Source: Octopus sinensis
Lineage: Eukaryota
Reading direction: 5' to 3'
NCBI RefSeq assembly: GCF_006345805.1
Contig: NC_043009.1
Coordinates: 47,554,001-47,618,000 of the forward strand
DNA: 64,000 nt
Shown: positions 39,386 through 51,069 of the stretch, piece by piece
Layout of the letters: every line of letters begins with the position of its first letter
How positions within the stretch are numbered: the first letter of the stretch is position 1
Translations under genes and position numbers: made by a program
Notes under the pieces: generated by a model
What the model was told of the DNA's origin: nothing
The model's database searches: none
Seen by the model: the letters and a program-made list of their open reading frames with translations, nothing else

Positions 39386-40289
39386 GCGCACACACACACA
39401 CACATATATAATATATACACACATATAGAAATACACACACACACATATAGCAATGTGGTTTACATAGTATGAAAAACATGATGGATTAAACTCATAATAT
39501 GAAAAAAAAAATGAGAAAAAAATCATAAAATGTTTTTATTAAATTAACCATATTAATCTGACATAAACCTGCCATTCTACCAACCTAAGACAGTTGCAGA
39601 CATTCCTCTTTAGATTCAGAATATTTCAATTATAAGTTTAACTGTTGTTTGTTGCAAAGCCATTTCATCATAAAAAGGCATAAGATATACTTCAATATTT
39701 GACATATACATATATATGTCTAGACACAAAATTGCCGGTTGAACCAGAGATATTTCTGACTTTAAGATGCAGAAAATATTAGTATTCTCTAAAAAAACAA
39801 ATGTTACAAATAATACTGGAGCTATTTAATTAAGTTATATATATATATATATATATATTTCACTCATGATGCAGAAATCTCAGGCAATTGAAAAAAGCAT
39901 GCATGCATTCAGTCACCAGAGTTTAGATTAGATAACTTTTTTTTTTTTCTAAAAAAAGATCTTATATGAAGTTCCATCAACACTGATGCAGCTAAAGTCT
40001 TTATGCTTAGACATTTTTGAGTAGACACATATGACACTATTTCTGTTTAGAAAGTATCTCGGTGCAAAGGTGACAGGAGATCAATGAAGTCACAGTAAAA
40101 CTAATATACTAAAGTTGCTTTAATGTGTGCAACCTTGCCACCTTGAGCGAAAGATGAGAGACTTTTACAGTTAAACTGAAAAACATTTTTGGATTTCTTT
40201 GCATAGACCAAACTTATTTTAATAAAACCAATACCAAATAATGCTGTTTGGAAATGAAATTTCAGTCCATCTTTTAAGAAGACTTATTA

Positions 40290-40333
<44 letters not shown>

Positions 40334-40373
40334 GTGTGTGTGTGTGGTGTGTGTGTGTGTATATGTATATATA

Positions 40374-40404
<31 letters not shown>

Positions 40405-41059
40405 CATACATACACATGTATGTATGTATGTATGAATATATATACACACACACAAAGACACACACATTAATCAAAATATAGTCTTGCAGATCCATTAAAG
40501 CTGATCTTACTTGGGATTAAAATTGGTTGACAGATAACAGGCCAGTTAAGTAATGCAATGTGCTCTTCAGAGAAGGTAAGTATGGAGAAAACTAACAACT
40601 GGTTTTAATATCCAGTGTGAAACTGGTAAGATTGGCTGTAAGGGATTTGTAATACTGTATTCGTTGATCAATGCAGCCATCCTATTGATATTTTTCCAGT
40701 TATATATTTGAAAACATGATTTTTTTCTACAATGAGGTTATCTGAAATACTTTGAGGTTTCTGTAAACAAACTCTAAACACTCCAGAAATTGAAGAATGA
40801 TATTTAACATTAAAATAGAGAATTTTAGCTAAATACACAATATACTTTCAAAGAATACTATCTAAAAAAGGCTCGATTCTAAGAAGCTGAAAAAATAAAA
40901 TAAACAGGGGATGTTCAAAGTAATTTCCAGTCTAAGGGATAAATATATCTCACAGAAAATTTTATTTACCTTTCTTATTGTATAAAAGTTATTCAAGTTT
41001 TAAAATGGGAAGTGGATTTGTGCTATCCTGCTGGTATGTGTGTGTGTGTGTGTGTGTGG

Positions 41060-41093
<34 letters not shown>

Positions 41094-41615
41094 AATGCAT
41101 GCATGCATGCATGTATATGTATGTGTTTATGTATGGCTAAAGCATATAGGATGACAAGGAGAAGTAGAACTTTCGACAAGGGAACCTGATGCACTCTTAG
41201 GGGTGGGGTGCCTGCTTTAGGTTCCACCTTACACTCAACTCTTACTTGTGGCTCCAAGTAACTGTCTGTATGCAATAGTGGCCACACCCCAGTAAAATGC
41301 TCTGAGTGGCAGGCTATACCAGGTAAGGTGGCCAATGGGTATGTAACTCTTAGTGAGTTAGGGATTGTCTAGCTGTGCAGATAAAGGCTGGATCTTGCAG
41401 ACTCAACGGAAGAAATATTCATGGTTTAACAAAGGAAGGTGACTGCAGCAACATAGGGAGGAGCATAAAGAGCAAGATGAAGCAACCAAGACATATTGGT
41501 CATTCACTGTATCTATTTCTATCCCCAGTCACCTTGACTTAGTCTTGCCACTGGACTTAAGACGGTCTTGGCCAAGAAAGTGAGGTTGACAATGTGCAAC
41601 TCTTCTCTATTTTAA

Positions 41616-41834
41616 TCCTTTAGCATATAAACTGGCCATATCCAAGCTAAATATTCTTCCTGCTTTCTGTTCAAACCAGCAAGATCAGGCCCCTCACACC
41701 TACCTTACAATGTCATTCTAAAAACAAGCAACTCCATCATCATAATCGTGAAGCTATGAGATAATTCAAGATTAAATTAAGACAATGTGAACCAGTAAGC
41801 ATTAGATTTGACACAAAGTCTGAATGCTAAACAG
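41616..41834. mobile_element. piggyBac-like MITE
   Basis: ttaa|tcctttagcat ... atgctaaacag|ttaa; same family as 4209-4430. Confidence 0.8.
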
Positions 41835-41859
41835 TTAAATAATGTCATTAGTTATCTTT

Positions 41860-42013
41860 CAGAAATAGCGCAGTTCAAATTTTCATTCGCCTAAACTTTA
41901 AGTGACCCATTTTTGGTGGTTCTACGATTTGTTGGCTAGGAGGTGATGTGCTGGGAAGTTAAACACACAGACACACACACACAGATACACAAGTTGAGTT
42001 TTATATATATAGA
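41860..42013 (-). mobile_element. Helitron-like 5' fragment
   Basis: Minus strand starts a|tctatatatataaaactcaacttgtgtatctgtgtg. Confidence 0.5.
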
Positions 42014-42293
42014 TATAAATTAAGGGTAAAATATCTCTTTACCTTCACCCATTTAATACACTAGGTAATGTAATTGCAATGCAATAAAAAAACACTTGTG
42101 TATTAATAATTGGGTATTCTACCAACAGTATATTGGATAGATATTATCCCTTAGTGGGTTGGACTCACAACCCCTAACTTTGTTGGAGTTATATATATAT
42201 ATTTATATATATATATATATATAGATATATATATATATATCAGAAATATTAAATTTCTAAATGTCTCAAAGAGACATGAGCGGTGGTGGAGCG

Positions 42294-42638
42294 ATAGAGT
42301 GGTTGTATACTGTCAACTTAATGTGACAGTCCCGTATAGGAATTACACCACCGCTGTTTAGCCCTAGGAAGCATCGAATGCTACCTGTCAGCTTTGACAC
42401 ATTTTCTGTGTCCTTATATTTGTGAATGGGAGGCAAGCACCCCCACCAGCCAAGATTCACACCTGAGGACTGAATCTTGGCTGGTGGGGGGGTACTTGCC
42501 TCCCATTCACAAATATAAGGACACAGAAAATGTGTCAAAGCCGACAGGAAGCGTTCGATGCTTCCTAGAGCTAAACAACAGTGGTGTAATTCCCATATGG
42601 GACTGTCACGTTAAGTTGACAGTATACAACCACTCTAT
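42294..42638. repeat. Long near-perfect palindrome (~166-bp arms, 11-nt loop); fold-back MITE-like
   Basis: Arms 42294-42459 and 42471-42638; the same peptide MTHFLCPYICEWEASTP appears on both strands in the ORF track. Confidence 0.95.
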
Positions 42639-43119
42639 ATATATATATATAGAGAGAGAGATATATAGATAGATAGATATAATACACACATATATATTTA
42701 CACACAAACATACAACATATATGTGTGTGTATGTATGTATGTATGTATGTATGTATGTATGTATGTATGTGTGTATGTGTGTGTATGTGTGTGTGTACAT
42801 ATATTGTTTGACTGAGGTACAAAATAGATACAGATAAGTTTTCAATACAATTTTGCTTTATCATATACATGAATGTGTGTGTGTGTAGGTGTGTGTGTGT
42901 GTGTGTAGGTGTGTGTGTGTGTGTGTGTGTAATCCCATTTGTTTTGACATTGTGCATGCACTTTAGTATAGAATGTCACCAGTTAGATGGCAACCAAAAA
43001 TAAAAGAGAAAGGCATCGAGCTATAGGACATTGCTTCGATGAGTTTCCTTCCACTCAAACAAGCACTCCAAAACCATGAACAATGTCTTACATACACACA
43101 TACACACACACATATATAA

Positions 43120-43120
<1 letters not shown>

Positions 43121-43150
<30 letters not shown>

Positions 43151-43202
43151 ATATATATATTTATGTTTGTTTGTTTATATGTAACTTTTGCATGCATATA
43201 TT

Positions 43203-43249
<47 letters not shown>

Positions 43250-43263
43250 TGATGATGATGATG

Positions 43264-43343
<80 letters not shown>

Positions 43344-43390
43344 AATATATGCATGCAAAAGTTACATATAACAAACAAACATAATATATA

Positions 43391-43421
<31 letters not shown>
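43121..43421. repeat. Palindrome with unique-sequence arms around a (TA)n-tcatgatgatg-(TA)n centre
   Basis: ttatgtttgtttgtttatatgtaacttttgcatgcatatatttgtgtg vs cacacaaatatatgcatgcaaaagttacatataacaaacaaacataa. Confidence 0.9.
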
Positions 43422-43440
43422 TATTATCAAAGATTTTATG

Positions 43441-43590
43441 TATATAATTATAAAAATAAGATTATAGTTAAGAGCTACTGGAAATGACCATTGAGACAGT
43501 GGATTGTAGCTATTTGACATCTACTTCTAGCATTGGTGATGGTCATTTCCAGTAGCCCTTAACTATAATTATATTTTTATAATTATATAT
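43441..43590. repeat. Inverted repeat (~50-bp arms, ~47-bp spacer), MITE-like
   Basis: tataattataaaaataagattatagttaagagctactggaaatgaccat / atggtcatttccagtagcccttaactataattatatttttataattata. Confidence 0.85.
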
Positions 43591-43664
43591 ATACACACAC
43601 ACACACACACATACACATGCACACACACTCACACACATGCATGCACATTCATACATATCTGTTA

Positions 43665-44454
43665 TTCTTTTATCCTTTTATCTATTACATGTTTCAGTCA
43701 TTAGACTGTAGCCATGCTGGGGCACCATCTTGAAGTACTTCTAGTCGCCCCTCCCCCCACCAGTACTTTTTTGATAAGCCTGGTACTTATATCAGACTCT
43801 TTTTGTTGAACTGCTAAGTTATAGGGATGTAAACAAACCAACATCGTTTGTCAAGAGGTGGTGGTGGTGGTGGGGACAAACACAGACACAAAGACATGCA
43901 CACACCCACACGGCAGGCTTCCATTTACCAAATCCACTCATGCAGCTTGGTCAGCCTGGGGCTATAGTAGAAGACACTTTGCGCAAGGTGCCACGCAGTG
44001 AGACTGAACACAGAACCATGTGGCTGGGAAGCAAACTTCTTACCACACAGCCACGACTGCACCTATATCAATTTCTTAAATTAAAAATTTTGAACTTTAT
44101 AAGAGATCTTTAAAAACAATGCAGATTGACACAGACTTGTTAGAAGAAACTTTTATGACACAAAAATGTTCTGGTATGTGTTAGTATTTCCTAAAAAGAT
44201 CTTTCATATACTCTTTTACTTTTTTCACTTATTTGACTGTGCCATGCTGGAGCACCGCCTTTAGTCGAGCAAATTGACCCCAGGACTTATTCTTTGTAAG
44301 CCTAGTACTTATTCTATCGGTCTCTTTTGCTGAACCGCTAAGTTACGGGAGCGTAAACACACCAGCATTGGTTGTCAAGCGATGTTGGGGGGATAAACAC
44401 AGACACACAAACATACAGACATACACACATATACACACACACATATATATATAT

Positions 44455-44502
<48 letters not shown>

Positions 44503-44665
44503 GACGGGCTTCTTTCAGTTTCAGTCTACCAAATCCACTCACAAGGCTTTGGTCGGTCCAAGGCTATAGTAGAAGACACTTGCCCAAGGTGCCACGCAGT
44601 GGGACTGAACTTGGAACCATGTGGTTCGTAAGCAAGCTACTTACCACACAGCCACTCCTATGCCT
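43665..44665 (-). mobile_element. Two SINE family A copies (43665-44064, 44211-44665)
   Basis: Reverse-complement family A motifs (ggctatagtagaagacacttgcccaaggtgccacgcagtgggactgaac). Confidence 0.9.
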
Positions 44666-44774
44666 ATAATCAACATTTAATTTAGGAAAATTTTTTTTGC
44701 AAATACTGAGACTCAATCAAGAATGTTTTCTAAAAATCTTCTTTATATATAACACACGTGCACTCACACACATT

Positions 44775-44806
<32 letters not shown>

Positions 44807-45175
44807 ACCCACTATCATTCCATCTCTCTCTCTCTCTCCCTCTCTCTGTAGCTTCAACAACCAAAAAATTTATTTACACAAGTAATCTGCCATGTCAGCA
44901 ATAACAGCGCATATAGATAACTTATAATTCATCATTTTATCAACAAACCACAACAAAGTGACTGCCATACTTTGGTTAAGTGAATAATCATTATCTCCGT
45001 AATTTCATATTAATATCATCATCATCGCCGCTGCTATTATTATTATGCACACACACACTCAAAGCTCAGATATCCTTCACAAGCAAGTAAAACCTGGTAG
45101 CTTGTATGATGCTTTTGCTAATTGTTTTAGATGCCTATGCAGCTACAAGAGGAAACAAATACCTTCTCAACTCAC

Positions 45176-45212
45176 TTGCTCTCGACTCAGAGGAGCATTG
45201 ATGATGTGATAG
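45176..45212 (-). CDS. Candidate 37-nt micro-exon
   Basis: Minus strand (ct)n-ccag|CTATCACATCATCAATGCTCCTCTGAGTCGAGAGCAA|gtgagt; strong acceptor and donor; frame unknown (e.g. YHIINAPLSREQ). Confidence 0.4.
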
Positions 45213-45921
45213 CTGGAGAGAGAGAGAGAGAGAAAGAGAGAGTGGGTAGCACCAGCAGTTGGTTGGTAGTCATTTTCAGGTGAAGCAATGCGCATGCACA
45301 CAACATACCACCTAGCCCAGGAATAGAACCTGCAATGCTTCCATATAACTCAGGTGTACTCCCCTCTCACTGTCACATCTTCACTATCTTCTCACTCTTC
45401 TCTCTAACTCTCTACTCTATCTCTACATGAGGTAAGCCATGCTTCTCCTCTATAGCAAAACACCTTCTTTTTGGTCCCTCCCATTTCAGTTAAGGGGGTC
45501 TTGTCTTGCAAGTTACTTGATGACCTCACTGCTGCTCATGCCATATAAAAAGCAGTGAATACTCTGTAAAGTGGTTTGGATCAGGAAGGGTACCCAACCA
45601 TAAAAACCATGCCAAAGTAGATAGCAAAGCTTGGTGCAGTATTCTGACTTATCAGTTCCTGATAAGCAGGATGAGTTAAAACTAGTGGATCTCTCATAGC
45701 ATAAACGGTTAGACATTCACTACACAGATACCATGAACAATATCTGAATACAAATAGGATATGACAACTTGCTAGGAATGCAAGTACAAGAACCAACAAT
45801 AGGAAATTTACAAGCCTAATAAAAGAATACATACCATCACCAACCTCACCAACCATCTCACCCTACTATAATCCCGAACTACATCATCATAATGCATCCT
45901 TAATCACTCCTATTCTAGGAT

Positions 45922-46157
45922 ATTTCTTATTTCTTTATTGTCCACAAGGGGCTAAACATAGAGGGGACAAACAAGGACAGACAAAGGGATTAAGTCGATT
46001 ACACTGACCCCAGTGCGTAACTGGTACTTAATTTATCGATCCCGAAAGGATGAAAAGCAAAGTCGACCTCGGCGGAATTTGAACTCAGAACGTAACGGCA
46101 GAGGAAACACTGCTAAGCACTTCAACTGGCACTCCAACGCCTCTGCCAGCTTGCCTG
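45922..46157 (-). mobile_element. SINE family B
   Basis: Family B motifs; tattctaggatatttct is repeated at ~45911-45927 and ~46166-46182 (possible TSD). Confidence 0.9.
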
Positions 46158-46316
46158 TATAGAAATATTCTAGGATATTTCTATACAGATTGCACTATTG
46201 GTAGACAATATCCCCTCACAACTAAGCTCTCTTTACTTTCTAAACCCATATCAACTCATCCATGCACATCAACAAGTTAAATGATGATGATGATGATGAT
46301 GATATAAATACATATA

Positions 46317-46494
46317 GCACGTAAAAAGCACCCACTACACTCACGGAGTGGTTGGCGTTAGGAAGGGCATCCAGCTGTAGAAACACTGCCAGATCAGACT
46401 GAAGCCTGGTGCAGCCTTCTGGCTTCCCAGATCCCCGGTCGAACCGTCCAACCCATGCTAGCATGGAGAAGGGACGTTAAAAGATGATGATGAT
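46317..46494 (+). mobile_element. RTE tail-derived retroposon
   Basis: gcacgtaaaaagcacccactacac...gacgttaaaa(gat)n. Confidence 0.85.
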
Positions 46495-46763
46495 ATATAC
46501 ATACACATATACACAAAACAAAGAAAACTTGTTGAGGCACATTATATGCTCTTCATTGCAACCAAACCTCTTTCTTGTGGGTTTTAAACATGATCAGCAC
46601 ATTTGCTAGACACGCTTCTGTATAAGATGTCAAATGAACTACACTATTCATATTATATAACAGTAACATTTATTTGCAATTAGTGCATATGTGCATATTG
46701 TTAAGATAGGGAGACACAACCATATAAGGACACATACGCAAGGCAGGTTTCTCTCAGTTTCTT

Positions 46764-46972
46764 ATTTATTTATTGCCCATAAGGGGCTAAACATAGAGGG
46801 GACAAACAAGGACAGACAATGGGATTAAGTCAATTACATCGACCCCGGTGCGTAACTGGTACTTAATTTATCGACCCCGAAAGGATGAAAGGCAAAGTCG
46901 ACCTTGGCGGAATTTGAACTCAGAGTTCAGAATTTGAACTCAGAGTGTAATGTTTCTGCCAGCTCGCTGCCT
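46764..46972 (-). mobile_element. SINE family B nested in a degenerate family A copy
   Basis: Flanking duplication tctctcagtttct (~46750 and ~46979). Confidence 0.8.
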
Positions 46973-47124
46973 CAGGCTTCTCTCAGTTTCTATTTACCAA
47001 ATCTACTCACAAAGTTTGGTGGGTCTGAGACTATGATAGAAAATACTTTCCCATAGTGCCAAGTAGGGGTACCGAAACTTGAAATTACATGACTGTCAAG
47101 TGACTTCTTAATCACAACAAGTAT

Positions 47125-47503
47125 ACTCTTTTACTCTCTTTTACTTGTTTCAGTCATTTGACTGCAGCCATGCTGGAGCACCGCCTTTAATTGAGCAACT
47201 CAACCCCAGGACTTATTCTATCGGTCTCTTTTGCCGAACCACTAAGTAACGGGGACATAAACACACCAGCATCGGTTGTCAAGCAATGCTAGGGGGACAA
47301 ACACAGACACACAAACACACATATATATATACATATATACGATGGGCTTCTTTCAGTTTCTGTCTACCAAATCCACTTACAAGGCTTTGGTCGGCCCGAG
47401 GCTATAGTAGAAGACACTTGCCCAAGGTGCCACACAGTGGGACTGAACTCGGAACCATGTGGTTGGTAAACAAGCTACTTACCACACAGCCACTCCTGCG
47501 CCT
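47125..47503 (-). mobile_element. SINE family A
   Basis: Full-length reverse-complement copy. Confidence 0.9.
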
Positions 47504-48089
47504 ATATCATTATCATTAACATCATTTTACATCTGTCTACCATACTGGTATGTGTTGGATGGTTTGAATAGAGCCAGCCATGTAGAAGACTACACCAGGC
47601 TACTGTGTCTGTTTTGCCCTGGTTTTTACGGCTCAATGCCCTTTCTAACACCAACAACCCTGTAGAGTGGACTGAGTACTTTTTACATGGCACCAGCACC
47701 GGCAAGGTCAATTTTGGCATGATTTATATTGCTGGCTGCCCTTCCAAATGCCAATCACTTCACAGTGTAGACTGGATGCTTTTTATGTGGCACAAGTTTT
47801 TATATATGTCTCTTCTCTATTATCCATATTGTCAAGGATGCTGCATCAAAATGACTGTTATGCATCATTTAGTGAAGAATCAGGATCTCAGTCACTTTAT
47901 CATTATTAAGCATTTTATTTCATTGTTAGAAACTACAGTAGTACACGCACACACACACACGTTTCATCAAGAGTGCTATGCACAAAACTCAGCCTTTGGG
48001 CTACTTTTGTAGCTTTCTACTGATTAAAAGTAATAAAAAAGTATGTATATATAAATAGTCACATATTGAGTTCTGTGTATCCTGTCTTT

Positions 48090-48183
48090 GCTACGAAGCC
48101 TTTATGTGTGTGTGTATACACACAGACATAGTAAGACAATGTGCAAGCTTGATTTCGTTACAGGAACGGTCTCTCACCTTTCT

Positions 48184-48229
<46 letters not shown>

Positions 48230-48392
48230 CTATTTCCATGTCCCTGCTGCTTCATCAACTGAAAAATTCATTTTCTCAAGGAAATCACTCAGAAGTAACT
48301 GCTATATTTCAGCTAAGGCCATAATCTTTATTTCTGCCACTTTATCATCATCATCATCATCATCATCATTATTATTATTATCATTATTATTA

Positions 48393-48471
<79 letters not shown>

Positions 48472-49107
48472 TATTAAGGGCCATTATTCACTGCAAGAAA
48501 TTACCTCTATGTTCTGAACAACCAAGCAATGCAGAAACACAATTTTATATATGATATATATATATATATATATGTGTATATATATATATCTATATCTATA
48601 TATATATATACATACATACACACACACATATATATGTATTTATGCATATATGAGATTGGATCAATAAGTATCCGGACTGTTGCCATAGTAACGAAGCTAA
48701 GGCGCACAGAGTAAAGCCACTTAGCAGATATTGACCTTGACCTCTGTTGTGCATGCACACTAAGTTTTAACGTTCTAGCTCACTCCTGCTGTTTACAGCA
48801 GTGCTTCAAAGGAAGATGTGTAGTGTGTGATCATCGCTATGAAGCCTTTTATGTGTGTATGCATACATGCAGACATAATAAGACAACGTGCAAACTTGAT
48901 TTTGTTACAGGAATGGTCTCTCATATTTCTTCCCCTTGTCTCTCGCTCTCTTTCTTCTCTTTCTTTCTTCCTGCTACTTAATCAACTGAAAAATTCATTT
49001 TCTCAAGGAAATCACTCAGAAGTAACTGCTATATTTCAGCTAAGTTCATAATCTTTATTTCTGCCACTTTATCATCATCATCCTTATCCTTATCATTATT
49101 ATTATCA

Positions 49108-49138
<31 letters not shown>

Positions 49139-49230
49139 TATTAAGGGCCGTTCTTGACTACAAGAAATGACCTCTATGTTCTGAACAACCGGGCAATGCA
49201 GAAACACAATTTTATATATGATATATGATA
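48090..49230. repeat. Local direct duplication (48090-48560 vs 48838-49230)
   Basis: Collinear homology, including an identical tcaactgaaaaattcattttctcaaggaaatcactcagaagtaactgctatatttcagctaag block. Confidence 0.9.
48650..48836. mobile_element. Tc1/mariner-like terminal fragment
   Basis: ta|tgagattggatcaataagtatccggactg resembles mariner-type TIRs; the other end was not found. Confidence 0.45.
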
Positions 49231-49253
49231 TATATATATATATATATATATGT

Positions 49254-49370
49254 GGTGTACAAAACAAACAGATGTATTAGTATAACGGTCAGGAATAGAA
49301 AAAGTCTTTTATGTTTCGAGTTTACACACTTCTACAGAAAGGGATACAGAAAAAAACAAGGAGAGAAAAT
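49254..49370 (-). mobile_element. Short (TA)n-embedded repeat with a variant hammerhead-like motif
   Basis: Minus strand cttt ctgtaga agtgtgtaaactc gaaa ca ta aaag; homologous to 35410-35616. Confidence 0.6.
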
Positions 49371-49540
49371 ATATATATATATATATACACACATACATAT
49401 ATATGTATATGTACATATGTATGTATGTATGTGTGTATGTATGTATATATATATATATATATATACATACATTCGATCACAGCACCAGTAACAGTTAAGC
49501 TTCGTGCAATGGCCATACTCGATAACGAGGGGGCAGCCAT

Positions 49541-49587
<47 letters not shown>

Positions 49588-50409
49588 ACACACACACACA
49601 TTCATGAAAAGTATATAGATGTACATGTATATGCATATATATGAGTGTATGCATATTTGTGTTTGTGTCTTCCTCAGTTTTAGCTACATCAGCTGCAAAA
49701 CTCATTTAAACAGGTAATCCATCATGTTAGCAATTTAGGCTCTGATACATGGCATATTCTTCTTCATGTTCTCAAGCGATCCACAACAAAGTGATTGCCA
49801 TGTTTCATCTCTGCAATTATCATTATCTCTTTCCTAGTGGATTGGCAGCATAATTAGAGTATGGAGCAAAACTTTTATTGATATTTGCCCTAATTCTTTA
49901 CAATCTAAGCTCAAACTCTGATGAGGTCACCTTTACTTGTCATCTGAACTGGATTGATAAACTAAAGTGCAATTTATGTACAGGGATCGATTTAACTGAC
50001 TGACCTCCTTCTCTCAAGTTTGTGGCCTTGTGGCAGCGTGAAGATTGATTATTATGAATGGTAAAGGCTGTTACATGACATTGAGATCACATGCAAATAC
50101 AACACATCAAAAGGATCACTGCTTCTGGTCTCCATATTACAGAAACTATTACGACAAGGATGAAGTTGCTTCACTCAGCTTGCAAGCTTTCTTCTACAAT
50201 GTACCACAAAAATTCCTTCTGTCAACTTCCTCTCATACTACTACGTTACTATGCAACTATGTGAAGGTGCATGACCTTGTGGTTAGGGTGTTTCACTAGC
50301 AATTGTAAGAACATGGTTTCAATTCTTGGTTTGGGCGGTATGTTGTGTTCTTTGAGCAAAAACACTTAACTCATATATGCCCATAAAAAATTTCACTGTA
50401 TTTAGATTA

Positions 50410-50560
50410 AACGTTAGGAAGGGTATCCAGCTGTAGAAACACTGCCAGATTAGACTGGGCCTGGCGCAGCCTACTGGCTTCCCAGACCCCAGTTGAACCG
50501 TCCAACCCATGCTAGCATGGAAAAAGGACATTAAACGATGATGATGATGATGATGATGAT
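50410..50560 (+). mobile_element. RTE tail-derived retroposon
   Basis: gttaggaagggtatccagctgtagaaac...ggacattaaac(gat)n. Confidence 0.85.
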
Positions 50561-51069
50561 GTTATGGTAAGCTTTTCACAATCTGGAGGAGAAGGACGGT
50601 ATGCAACTGTTAGCTACAAGTGTCGACTATCTACTGAACATTTCGTATGCTCAGTCAGATGTTTCCCAGCGAGTTCATATCCAAACAAGTTGGAGCATGT
50701 TTTGCATCGCGAAAACACAACCAGGGGTATATACAGGTTAATTTCACCTTGCACGAGTCCACTCAGCTGTAAATGAGTTCTAGTAATAACTGGGAAGTTT
50801 GTCCTATGACAGATGAGTGTCCCATTCACTAGAGACTGGTAACCTCAGTCACTAATACACTATGGGAACTGGGCAAAGCCTTGAGGGTCTTATGTAAAGG
50901 TTTATGACAAAAACGGGGTAAAAAAATATCTGTCAATGGTTACAGCATATGGAGTGAAAAAGAGAACAAGGCTCTTGGAGTTCTATGATGTAGATATGCA
51001 ATCTGGAAAAGAGAACTATGGAAGCTGAAAGATCCTTTGGTTAGATACAGGTTCAAAGAAGTACAAATA

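Noticed and set aside
40561-40582. Plus-strand 5-nt micro-exon (cttcag|AGAAG|gtaagt)
   Set aside because: Weak polypyrimidine tract, no other plus-strand exon evidence, and such a match is expected by chance in 64 kb.
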